Below are positions 46,668 to 59,600 of a stretch of 64,000 bases of DNA, one piece after another. The DNA lies in NCBI GenBank assembly GCA_004431415.1, contig QPMI01000453.1, positions 310,001 to 374,000 of the forward strand. Reading direction: 5' to 3'. Both the position numbers and the translations under genes were made by a program. The notes beneath the pieces were generated by a model. It was not told where the DNA came from. It did not search any database and saw only the letters and a list, made by a program, of their open reading frames with translations. This DNA is from Cyanophora paradoxa CCMP329. Lineage: Eukaryota; Plantae; Glaucophyta. The first letter of the stretch is position 1. Each line of letters begins with the position of its first letter.

Positions 46668-47972
46668 GGGCGATCTGCCAAAGGAGTGAATCGTTAGCAA
46701 AGGTTAGCGAGGGGACTGTTCGCGGGGGACTCGTTTGTCTCCACGTCTCCGGCCGGCCGGCCCCCATCGCCCCTCTACGTCTCCACGGGCCCGTCCGCCT
46801 CGCCGCCTCGCTCGGTCCCCGCCTCGCGATCGGTCTCCGCCTGGACGCCGAGCTCGCCTGCGACCGCCCACCCGCCCGCAGCCTACGGAAGCTCCGCCCC
46901 GCGATCCTAGCATCTTCTAGGTCTTTTAATCTCCGTGCCGTCCTTTCTTAGCCTGCCTGCTTGCCCATGCAGGGCCAGCCGCTCCTCTTTTTACCACGCT
47001 TTAATCCATGGCCGCGGGCATCCGGCCTCCCCCTCGCGCGCCTCAGGCGTACCCCCCCCCGACTCCCGCACCCTCCTCCGGATCCCCCTCCCCCCCCCCC
47101 CCCCCCCCCCCACACCCCACCCTCTCGGAGTGTTTGGAGATCGAGGCCTATATAGCTAGGATACCGAGGACGCCGCACGTACGGGGCGGTCCGAGGCCGA
47201 CGGCGGACCGAAATCGATATCCCCCTCCGGTCGCATGAGATTCTCCCATCCCTCCGCCCCCCCCTCCCCCCCCCCCGGCCCCCGGAGGAGGCCGCTCCTG
47301 CGGGGCAGGCCGAGGCCGGGGCGGCCGACGCATTATGCGCACCTTAGACCTTAGACCCCCCTCCCCCCTCCCTCCCTCCCCCCCCTCCCTTTCCGGCCGA
47401 TCCTCACCCCTCGCAGCTGCAGCCACCTGGCCGCCCGGGCCGCTGGCACCAGGCCCCGACTCGTCCCCACGCCCCTCCCCTCACACCCTCCGCCCTCCCC
47501 CCCCCCTCTCTCCCCCTCCTGCGCCCGGCCCGGAAGACTCCCGCCTATTCCATGGCCGCGGGCCCCCGCCTCACGCGCCTTAGGCGTGCCCCCCCCCCCC
47601 CCTTCCCCCCTCCCTTCCCCCCTGCCTCCAGTTCCCCTCCCGTTACCCTCGCCATTTCTCCCCCCTCCCCACCCGCTGGCGTCGCTGGCGTCCCTCGTCC
47701 CCCACGCCTTCCCCCCCTCCACCGCTGACGTCGGGTTGTACCCCGGCCAGCGCTCTACCCCCCTGGGTCTCCACAAGGCCTCATGATCAAGGACCTCAAC
47801 CGGCCACGGCCGCACAGGTCGCACAGGTAGACAAGCAGAGGTAGTGCTAACTTTTGCGCACGCCGCCTGTGACGCAGCGGACGCGCGTGCCGGGATGCGC
47901 GCGCGCTGGCAAGGTCACGCGGCCAGCGCTCGCTAACCTTCGCTAACAATTCACTCCTTTGGCAGATCGGCC
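46668..47972. mobile_element. Non-autonomous DNA transposon with ~40-bp terminal inverted repeats
   Basis: 46671 cgatctgccaaaggagtgaatcgttagcaaaggttagcga versus reverse complement of 47930-47969 cgatctgccaaaggagtgaattgttagcgaaggttagcga (38/40); GG..CC ends; no transposase ORF; no clear TSD. Confidence 0.8.
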
Positions 47973-50414
47973 AGCTGAAGAACATGCATACGATCATGAC
48001 AAACTAGTACTAGTACTAGGAGCACCTGGACGACGGAGGCCTAGGAAAGCCTCTCTCTAGATCTAGTGATCTTGATCGATATCGTGTACATGTTAACGTT
48101 CTGATTCGCTCGCCCGCTCCGGCGCAGCTCTTTAATTTCAGCTCAAGAACGTTAACCCGACGATTTTCAAACTCACGATCGGCCGCGGGGAGAACAAGCT
48201 GACGTACGCGTCGCTGCCATCAGAGGTGCACTTGATCATGAGCACCACCCGGGCCCGGGACGGCCGGACGGTCCCCTACGCGTAGATCTAGAGTAGAGTG
48301 CGTAGATCTAGATCTAGAGTAGAGTGCGTAGATCTAGCTATAGATCTAGAGTGGCCTCTAGATCTATAGATTCCTAGGCCTGGCCTCTAGATCTATATTT
48401 AACCTCCCCCCCCCCCCTCCCGCCCCCCGGGACGAGACTCGGTACCTCAGGGCCTCCTCGAGGACGTCGACGTCCCCTTATGCCCCTAGGCCTCCGAGGC
48501 ATCACATAACTAGGGGCCCGGCCGCGTTTGGCGCGCCGGGGGTGCAAGGGGGGAATCGGGATCTAATGAAAGAGTAGTAGTGGCACGAACATGCACGGGG
48601 CAGATGTAGATCGACCCCGGCCCAGCGCGCGCGGCAGGTTGAAGTAGTAAATTAATTATATAAAGATAGACACAGAGCGGCCTCTGGCCCGGCAAGGCTC
48701 GGAGCGACGATAGCTACCAGAAGCTGCATGGATCCGTAACGACCGGAAAGCGGCGTGCAGCGGCGCGTCCGGAGGCAGTGCCCAGGCCGGGTGGCAGGCG
48801 GCGGGGGCGCACGCACGTGCACGCGGCGCAACACAGGGCTGCACGCGGCGTGCACGCAGGACACGAACTATAGCTAGTCTGCTGTCCGGGTGCCGATCGC
48901 AACAAGAGCGCCGAGCGCCCGGCCCGGCCGGCGTGCTCGGCCGGCACACGCGGTTCTGCAATATAAGCTCGATATAATTTAATTTATAAGCTCGATATAA
49001 GCGCAGCAAGAGAGTACGGTCTAGATCTGGCCGGCCGGGCGTGCTCGGCTGCGATCAGCTGCAGCGGCGCAGGCAGCAACGCAAGCAGTTTCTAGGCGGA
49101 AATCTAGAGGAGACGTACGCGTTGACAGGTAGAGAGAAGTGGTTCCATGCAGAACCGCGCAACGAAGAGCAAGGCGTACGCGACGCACTGCGAGGAAGCC
49201 GAAATCTAGAGGAGACAGCTAGGGAGAACTGGTTCCATGCAGAACCGCGCAAGGAATTCGAAGACCGGAGTTAGAGAGAAGTTAGTTTTCCCCTCGAAAA
49301 CCACTTTTCCCCCTCTAATTCGACGCTCGAAAGTCGAGAGCTGACCGGTCCACCGAGCCAATCCGAACGCGAATAACCCGTCATTTTTTTCCGGTGTTGC
49401 AAACTGGACCTCGAAAACGGCCTCATAGAAAAGTTTTGGCTGAAGCGAGGGAACGGGAAGCAAGGGGGCCCCCTTCCCCCCTTGCAATTACTGCCCGCGC
49501 GCCCACGCCCGACTGCCCTCGAGCTCGCGCACCCGAAGTATACGTACCCCACAACAGTGCGCCCCCCCCTCGCCCCCCCCCCCTCCCCCCCCGCCCCTTC
49601 CCCGCCTCCGGTCCCCCCGCGCACGCTCCCTGCGGCAGGGTCCCCGCCTCGCATGATCATGACTCAATTAATATTGCAAGCCACCTGGCCCTGATCATGA
49701 CTCATGATCAGTTAAACGCGAATTCGGACTGGATCTAGATCTGAAGCGCAGGGCCGGGGCCGGCTCGCGATCGTGATCTCCGCGAGACCAGGCAGCCGTG
49801 GTGATGCCAGCGGGCCGGGGGACCTCAAAAGGAAGAAGAGCCTGCGCCCCGGCCCCGCCCCTCCGGACCCCGCCCCGGGGGACCGTCGGACCTCGAAGGA
49901 GGAACGAAGGTCTTCCCCCGGACCCCGACCCGTGTAGCGTCCACCGGGCGCCCGCGGCGCCCTGAGACGCGGCCGCTTTCTCTCCCAGAGAACTGGACTT
50001 TCGTGACGATCCCGGACGAGGGGATCCGGAAGGGCGAGCTCCGAACCCCCCCCCCCCCCCCCCCCACCCGGCCTCCACCGGTCCCCCCTCGCCCCTCGGG
50101 GAGGTTCTGTAACGTATCTGCGATCGCTGAGGCGGCCGCTGACGCCTGGCCCCGCCTCGTTTCCCACACCCAGCCCCCTCTTCCCCCCCCTCTCCCCCCC
50201 CCACCCCCACCCTCCCCCAGGCCTCGGGATATCTTTATCTGGTTTAATTTGATCATGCATATGAGCATGAGCCTCGCGAGTCTCTAGAGGGAACGGCTGC
50301 GCGCCAGAGCCCGCGGCCGGCACTGCTAGACTGAATCAGCGGCCGATCCGATGATCGCGAGGGCGAGTATCAGCAAGAAAATCAGGAATGTTGAGCACTA
50401 GTCATGATCACTGA

Positions 50415-50800
50415 GTGCTGATACTGTATACGGATAGATCAGGAAAATTAGGGGTGTTGGGCACTAGTAATGCTACTGTGTAGATTGGAAAGATCAAGAG
50501 AGAATCTAGCAAGAAACATGTACAAGCTTGCCATTTCATCCGATGATCAGATCTAGAGTTAAAGAACCATAACGAATTTAATTAGCGATTATATATAATT
50601 AGATTCAAATGATTTAGACGATTACAGAGAATTGAGCTCTAATCACACACTGAGGGCTGATACTGCATGTATCTGGAAAGATGAATAAGGGATGTTCAGC
50701 ACTAGAACTAATAATGTATAGATCTGGAAAGATTAAGAGAGAATCAGATAATCTACTAGTAAGAAAGAAGTCATTTCATCGGCAAAAGAACCAACGAATC
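50415..50800. repeat. Diverged AT-rich tandem duplication, ~240-bp period
   Basis: gctgatactg..gcactag..tggaaagat.aagagagaatc..catttcatc..aaagaacca at ~50417 and ~50656. Confidence 0.65.
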
Positions 50801-50969
50801 AATGAGATACGATATAGAATTAGATCTAGACGTCGACAGAGAATTTAATAAGCCTTGAAGAGTACTAGCTATAGTGAATCACACATTGAAAATCATGAAT
50901 AATGCACTTTTGCAGATCATGATCAGAATCGACCGCGAAGCTGGTATGGCATTGAAACGATGTGCGGAT

Positions 50970-53583
50970 TCACATGCTCTCGTCGAAGCACGGCGTCGAG
51001 CAGACGGAAACGCGGATGCCCTCGGGGCCCTGCGGCTCGTCGGCGTCGTCGCCAGCGGCGTCGACAGCCGTGACGAGCAGCGTCGGCGTCCGGCGGGTGA
51101 GCAGCGTCGGGTCGGCTGAGAGGAGTCCGCCGGGCTCCCGCGGGTCGCGAGGTGGCAGAGACGGCGTGCCCGCGCCATGCGACCGCGGCGCGCGCGCGCT
51201 GCGATGTCCCGCGTCCTGTCCGGATCCGACCGTCGGAACTTGGCCAGACGTCTCGTCCTCGACGACTGGGCTGCGTCGGACGGCCTGCACCGGAAGGCCC
51301 CCCGCTTGGTGGAGGCTCCAAGGAGTTGGCGTGGGGCGACCGGCCGTCTCGCGATCGACGTGGCTACCCTCGACTCGCCCGCGCCCCGCGGCGGGAGCCG
51401 TTGGCCCGATCTCGTCTTCCTCGCCGGGATTCGGAGGCAGAGACTTGATGTCTTTCCGATCAAATATATGAGTGCTGTTGCGTTCATGATTGGCCCGGCC
51501 GTGCATGCTTTGCGACCGCTGGCGAGAGCGCCGGTGCCGATAGACGAGCACCGCCGCGACGGCAGCGACGGCCGCGCCTCCGACAGCACTGCCGATGCCA
51601 GCATACATCGCGGCGTTCGACGACGAACCGCTCGCAGGAGCAGGCGCCTGAGGTGTCGAAGGCTGCTGCTCCGCTGCGCTCCCGCCGGCGTCTGGAGCAG
51701 CCGGCTTCGGCGTTGCCGGCGCCGGCGCATTGGACGACACGCTGTACCCTATGACGCCAACGCCAGCGGATTCGATTGCCTTGACGACCGCGTCGCGTCC
51801 CACCATCTGGACGATGCGCTCGACGCTAATGCTCTGCCCCACGCCGCCGCTGCCGCCGTTCTGCTCGGACGTCGACGTCGAAGAAACGATGACAAAGTCC
51901 GCGACGACGCTGCCGCCGGCTGGCGACGACGACGACGCTTGCAACAGGCGCCGCGACCGTGACGCTGACGTTGACGACCCGCTCGTGTTGCTGACGCAGC
52001 GAATGCTCGCAAGGCGGATCTGCACATTGGCCGCCCGGACCATCTGCGTATGTGCACCCTCAGCGCGAGTGCTTAACACGACGAAGTTTTAAACGCAGTC
52101 ACGCGCCTGAGCGAGACTCTCCATGACAGGCTTCATTCGCGATCCCGCAAGGTTTGCGCAGGAGAGATCGAGCGCGATGGTCATCGTGACAAGCGGCGTC
52201 GATGGCGACGTCGACGTTGAAGGAGACGAATTCGAAGGGGACGACGACGAGGTTGTAGGAGGGGGCGCGGTGAACTCCTTCAGCTCGTCCGCAGTAAAGA
52301 TGAACGCCAGAGGGAGATCCACCGTCGCGGCCCCTGCGCATCGAAACGGGGTTCACGAACATCGTGATCAGGCCAGGGGCGGAGATACAGGAGTCCAAGC
52401 GCCTGCAACGGCGCGCACCCGAATTCGAACTTGCGCTTGCGCTACTTGCGCTGTCGGCGGCGGCTTCCTGCGTCGACGTGCGCGTTCTTGCCACGATCAG
52501 GTCCAGAGGAAAAGACGCGGAGCCGCCCATCCCGATCCAGCTCTGCGACACGCTAACGCCGAGCAGGGCGCCCGAGGGAAGATCGGTGGCGTTCCAAGGC
52601 GATGCGGACGCCGCCCAGGACCACTGTTTCCCGTCCAGAGACCGAAGAGACACCGTGTACTGCGGGACCGCCCAACCGGTGCCGAAAACCAAAGACTCTG
52701 ATCCCTCCTCGCCCCGGGTCCCGCCGAATGCCTCCGGCGAGAACGAAAACGAGTCTGCGGCATAACATGGCTCAGGGGCGCGATCTCATTCAAGCCGAGA
52801 CTTTGCAGCAGCCTAATTGCAAACGAACCCCACTGCAGGAGAATCCAGCTGGTGCCCACTGAAGCTGCGCGCACGGTGTATGGTTTGTCTCCTGTGCCGT
52901 GCTCACGAGGGAACTGGAGCGGAGAAGTCGCTGAGCCGACTGCAGGGCCCTCGGTCCGAGCACAGGCGGACACTCGCAGGCCGTACACGACGCCTGGCAC
53001 CAGTGACGAGGCCGCCCGGTCCAGAGCGAGGGCGCCTTGGCTGGAGGCGAGCGGCGGAGACGTCCACAGGGCCGAGCTCGACGACGGTGCGGCCGCCGCC
53101 GCGGAGGCGTACGCCGCGATGCAGTACGCCGAGCAGTCGACGGGCGTTGGCGAGGCGGAGCTCCACGCAATAGCGACGCCAGAGAGGGACGCAAGCCTGG
53201 CGCTGAACGCAATGCTGGCGGCCGAACACTCTGCGGGTGCGCGACGCGACGCGGACCCGTCAAGAGTGAATAAATGTAAAATGGTATAGCCGTTCAATTG
53301 TTACTGTAATGGAAAGGTAGATAGAGTGCACCTTTGGGGGGAGCCGTCGAGAAGGAAGGACTTGGGGAGGAAGGACTTGGGGAGACCGAGTGCGTTGGAG
53401 CTGCGGGAGGCTGTTGTTGCAGAGCAGTGGGAGTAGGGGTCGATCGCGAGCTCGAGATCTGACTGGGAGGGCTTGGGGTGGGAGCGCTCGTCGGGGACGC
53501 GGTCACTGTTGGCGATGCGCTGGGCAATCGTGAATTCGAAGGGAGGGGACTCGGCGAGTGCGACGCGATTGGTGAGCCGCTGT

Positions 53584-53621
<38 letters not shown>

Positions 53622-56600
53622 GACGGCTTGGAGCTCGGTGACGGCTTGGGGCTTGGCGTCGCGCTGGACTGAGGAAACACGCTAGGGGATGTCGTCGGGC
53701 TAGACGGGGCGACAGACTGGCTCGGAGACGGCGAGGCGACCTCGCTAGGCGACGGCGAGGGGATCACGCTAGGCGACGGCGACGGGCTGGGGCTGGGCGT
53801 CGGGCTCGGGCTGGGTGATGGGCTGGGGCTGGGTGATGGGCTGGGGCTGGGCGTGGGTTGCGCATAGCGCACTGACAATGCAAAGTCGCCAGAGAAGAAA
53901 GAATAACCTTAATGGAACGCAAATCAGAAAGTGAACGAGCTGCTGCCGGAAAGTGCACGACCTGCTGCCGTACCTTCGATCGCTAGGTAGTAACGGGAGC
54001 CAGCCACAACCTGGACTTTGACCGTAGACGCGAGGAACCGCGCAGGAGGATCATTGCATCCCGAGTCATCATCTGCACAATAAAGCGAATTCAGATCAGT
54101 CGCGGATAATTATATAACGGCCTAGATCTACAAGAAGATAGACGTCGACTGGGAAGCGCACCATTCGATGCCGTCGCCATGGCCTCTGCACTGGTTCCTG
54201 AACTGCTGGCACAGACCGTGTCTGCGAAAAGCCAAAGTTGCGTGTCGACACGTGTCAGCGGAGAACACGTCGACACCACGAGCTCTCTGCGCCAAAAACG
54301 TACGCGTCCCAAAAGTAAGCTCATGGTGAAGTGCAGATCTCCATACTAAACACCAGCTGCACCCGCTTTTCGGAGGGACGATCGAATACCACGCCTCGCC
54401 GCTCGCGTGCGTGGGCAGGTATCTCGTGCGGTTGGCGCCGGCGGTCGAAGAGACCACAGAGACGGTCTCGGATGCGTTGACCTCCAGGTTTGTGATCGGC
54501 GCACAAGACCAGGGCGCCTCGGGACTTGGCGTTGGCGACGGCGCCACAGACGCGTACGGCGAGGCTGACGGCGCCGGCGTTGGGTTGGGCGAGCTGCGGA
54601 CCCTGTCGAGGAGGGCGGGTGGCACGGCCCACACGCGGACGTCGCTGCCGGAGCCGCCGGTGACCACAAAGGAGCCGTTCCTCGCGATGGCGAGCCCGCG
54701 CTTGACCGTGTCCCCCGGCGGGAGCACGATGGCGGCCGCCAGCTCGCGCCTGTCCACGTCCCAGAGGTAGACCTTCCCCATGCCGTTGGAGGTCGCCGCC
54801 AGGCGGCCGTCCTCTGTCACGGCGATGCTAAGAATCGGGGCGTCGTCGGGGTCCCGCATGGTCCCGAGCCGCGTGCCGGTGGCGGCGTCCCACACGCGGA
54901 GGGAGTTGTCTTCCCCGACAAAGGGACCCGGCGGGCCGCCTCCCGCAGAGAAAATGCGTTTCTTGTCCGCAGAGATCGCGATGGCACTCACGACGTCGGC
55001 GTGGGCGAAGAAAATGGCGTATGCGCCGAGAGAAGACTCAGAGAAGAGTAAGATGCGCCCATCCTGGAGCCCCACGGCAATTTTAAAGTTTGGATAGCTG
55101 GTCGTGGCGATGCATATGCAGCTTCCGAATAAATGGTGACTCGGTGTCCATGATTGATAGGGAGCATCCGTGAAGAACTGATAGGTATTCGTCTTGCTTG
55201 CCGTTGGCATCCATGCGTAGGGCGGTTTATAATTGGGATCGTACGTGAAGCTCATAACGATTTTCTCTGTGAACGCGAAGCTCAGAATTAATCGCGTGTC
55301 GATTTTTGATAATGGGAAACGAGTCGGGTCCGGGCCGACCGGCGGGGCTTGGAGTGAGAAGGTACGGGATACCCCCGGGAGAAATCAAGACGCTTCTGCG
55401 GAGACGGTTCAATTGCAAGCCCGGTCATGAAGCGCGTGCGCGTACAAAGGATAGATTCTCACCCGGCATCGGATGCATAAAAGTAGCGACTGCCGATATC
55501 ATTGCTAAAATAATGGCCAAGGTACATTTGGCTCGAAAAATTGAAAAATCTGAACGGGGTGCGAGCATTCATTATATTATGTGATGGCTTCAGTCGGAGC
55601 ATTCTTACGCGTACGCTTTAATGTCAAGTGACTTTGCAGCAGCGAATCCGTCATCTGTCATCGAAACATCCACAGACTCCTCGTATCCACCCGGGAGCCA
55701 CTCTCCCTGGAACGTTCCGTTGGCGGCTGACGCCAGATCCCACCAGCGAATCAGGCTCGCGAAGGAGCCTGAGCTAGCGCTCTCACGCGGTCCAGAGCCC
55801 CCGACGAGGACGGTGCGCGCGTCGGACGACAGAACCAGGTGGTTGACGGGCCATGGCAGACGGAGGGGTGGACGCTGTTGGTCGAGAGACGAGTTCCAGT
55901 ACGGCTTTGAAGCCAGCTGCCCAGAGTGGACGCATGCGGATGCGTTCCCGGCCCTGCCAATGCCAATCTTAGAGTCTCTGCTCATAAAGGTAAATACATA
56001 TGAAAAAGCGGCGAAATAACCAGCAGCTTGCGGAGGCGTTGATATTCCTGTTGGCGCGCATGCGTACATGTAGTATAAGAGACCCGAAACGCATTGAGAA
56101 TGCGCACATCGAAAAGGAACGCACCAAACCCGAATGTAGTTACTTCCAACGTAAACACGTGCCCCGTCACGCGAGATGGCAAGACCGAGATTCCTTCGAA
56201 TACCGATCTTTGACACGAACGACGCAACGTGCCGCCCGGTCGCAATTTCCCACAAGAGAACCTCGGGGCTGTTTCCACTCGTTACAGCAAATTTCCCATC
56301 GGGCGTCATGACGACTCGGTGAAGTGGTGCGCTGTTGAGCTCGGTCATAGTGCGGACAACGTCACCGGTGGCGAGATTCCAGACGCGGAGAGTAGCGTCG
56401 CTGCCTACGGAGAGCAGCACGGACGCGTCTGTAGACACGGCAATGCCGTTCACGGGACCGGCGTGGCAGCACAAAGTCCGAAGAGTTGAATAGTCGGATG
56501 CATTGTAAACGCTCACACTTCCGTCCACGAAGGCAGCAACGATGAGAGAGTCGGATCGACCACCGAACGCAACCGCGAGGGCTGGCGAGCTCGAGTTTCC

Positions 56601-59600
56601 GGACCCTGTCAATGTCGCTAACGGTGTCCTTTGTGCCTGGCTCCGTATATAAACCTCATACATATAGATGGATATTCTGTGCTTAGCAGGCCAAATCCTG
56701 ATGAACCCATCTTGACCTGCGCACGCTCTTTACCAGATTACTCGATGATGCTGTGCAAAGAAAGCTGCGGACCAGCGCTCGCCAACAGCCAGCCAGATTT
56801 TGAGAAAGCTAAAGCGTTGATTGATCCTGTGTGGCAGCACAAAGCATGTTTAACGTTGTAGATGGAAATCAGTTCCGGAAAACTAGTATCCCGGAATCTG
56901 GGATCATCACGCCGAATCAGGTCTCTGGGCCGTGCCGCGAGCAGTCTGTGATCAACAGGAAGAACACGGCGTGCGATCGCACAAAATAGGAATGGTAATG
57001 AGAAAAACGAAGCAGGGTGATAAATTGAAACTATGCGCACATGATGTAACCGTTGCGCGTTCCGCTTGCAATGTACTGGTCACTTGGATGCGTGGCGACA
57101 GCAGTTGCGAAAAAAAGCTCGTCGCCCAAGTCATAACCGAACTTTGGCAACCATCGATAAATGAACGATCTGACACCGTCGGGCCAGAGGGGTGCGTCGC
57201 CCGCGGGCCACAAATGGAGCCCGTACTGTAATGTGTCAAAGAAGTGCGCGGGCCACATTGTGTATGTGTCGTAGTCGCTGTAGTCGTAGGGAAAATAGGG
57301 TCTCCGCTTCGGGACCATAGTCTTGCCTGATTCGACCGACGCTGCGTAGATGAACTGCTCGTCTGACGAGAGAGCCAGGGACGCGATCTGTGCGAGAGTC
57401 CACTTCTCCTCGCCGATGACTCGGCTGGGCCTGTAGAAGGCGGGCGGGGTCGGCGTGGGGGTGGCGGAAGGGCTGGGGCTTGGAGAGGCGGTGGGGCTCG
57501 GCGAAGGGGTCGGACTCGGCGAGGGGGTTGCGGTGGGCGTGGGCGTGGCGGAGGGCGACGGGCTCGCGGATGGCGTCGGGGTCGGGTCGGGTGGCGCGTG
57601 CACTTCCGGCGGTGTGTTCCTGCGAGCGGTTGAAATTGAGGGACGGTTCTGCAAGGGGTGTGCACATTAGGGCGCTTTGCTGACCAGGTTCGGACGCTTG
57701 AACCAGCGGTCAGAACCATTGTGCCCCGGCGGTTGATCCAGACGCCGTAAACGTGGCCGACTCCGCAATCATACGACGTTACGCGCCGGCCTGTCGCCAG
57801 CTCCCACAGATGGGACTCCTTGCTCGCGCCGGCTGTGACGGCAAGGCGACCGTCGGGCGTCACGGCGACGCTGTAGATACGGGCACCGTTCGGGTCGGGG
57901 ATTGTGCGGTTGAGCTTGCCGGTCGTGAGATTCCACACCCGGAGGGAGTTCTCGGTGAGCCACGGCCAGTTGTAGCCCCCAGAGACGGAGACGAGGAGGT
58001 CGCCCGCCGCCGCAACAGCCGTGACCGAGTCGTTGTGGCAGCAAAGGGTGCGCAGAAGCGAATAGTTGGATGCGCCCCAGACATGAATCCTGCCGTCGCT
58101 GAAGCCAGCGACAAGGAAGCGATCCAGCTGCCCTGTTCCCGCAAACGTCACGGTTCGAGCCCTTGAGCTTGTAGACGCCGAAATTCTCGAAAAGTTGCGC
58201 ATCTCCCCGCTGCTTGTCATATTCCACAGTCTCACGATGCCCTCCTCATCTGATAACACCTTTGCACGTCAACAGCGCAATGCAACGTCAACGTACAAAG
58301 CGCTTTCACGAACCGATGGACGCAATTTTGCTGCTGTCCCTCGAGAAAGCGATGCTGCAGAGAGATTCATCGGCGGTCTTGTTTGAAGCATGCACAGGCT
58401 ACTGGAAAAGCGAGCGAGCGAGCGCACCTAGCTGTTCTCGCGGGGCACGTCGCAGCTGGAGATATAGTCTGAATAATATATTCATAATGAGGCACCTCCC
58501 CATAATACGACGGAAGTGGTTCAAGAGACGTGAGTCGCCGCACGCTGCACAATGATTAAGTCGCAGAAGACGGTTCGGTCCTTCCGGGATCAGGCACGCA
58601 CTTAATCCTTCCGTCCCAGTGGATGCTTGCGAATAGGGACCCTTCCAAGTTGATTGCCAGCCCTCCAAGGTAGTATGACCAAAAGTCGAAATTCTCATTC
58701 ACAAAATTAGTGTTTATCAGCGAACCGTGTTTGCTCGATCCAACTTCAGCAGACAACTTGTACCGGTAGATATTCTTAAGGTGGTTATGTCGCGGGCTTT
58801 GCTCTCCAGCGAGGATGGTGTTGTCGTCGGGGGCCATAACGACGCCGAATACCGAGCCAAGATAACCACTCGCCACCATAACAGTAGCGGGAACCCGCTC
58901 GATCGGGAATCCTGGCGTCGGGCTGGGCGACGGGCTCGGGCTGGGAGTCGGACTTTGACTGGGCGATGGGCTCGGGCTGGGCGATGGGCTCGGGCTGGGC
59001 GATGGGCTCGGGCTGGGCGATGAGCTCGAACTGGGCGATGGGCTTGGGCTCGGACTGGGCGTTTGTGACGGAGTTGAAGAAGGAGACGGCGCGGGGAGTG
59101 GCGCGGGAGCAAACGCTTCGGGCGGGACACGCCTGCAGCGCACGTAAGCGCGGGCTGTCGAATAACCGAGAATCCGCTCTCGCGCACCACTTTCGGATGC
59201 CAAGCTCGCCACCAGTAATCACGACGGAAGCATCGGAGGTCATCGCAAGCCCAAATACATTATTGATCCCGGTGTCGAAAGACATCAGAAGGCGCCCAGT
59301 CAACATCTCCCACAGATGCGCCTTGGATCCGTTCCCGCTCGCAGCGACGTATGTGCCGTCCCCACTCACGGCCACGCTATACAGCGGCAAGCTGTCCGGG
59401 TCGCTGATGATACGCACCACGGAGCCGTTTGAGCGGTCCCAGACTCTCAGCGTGGCGTCGGCGCCGGCGGACAAAAGCAGTGTGCTCCGCGGCACCAGCA
59501 GCAGACGGTTCGCTTGACCGGAGTGGCAGCAGAGGCTCGGCATCGGCGAGAAATCAGTGGCGTTCCAGGCGCGGATGAAGCCATCTGAAAAGCTGGCGTA

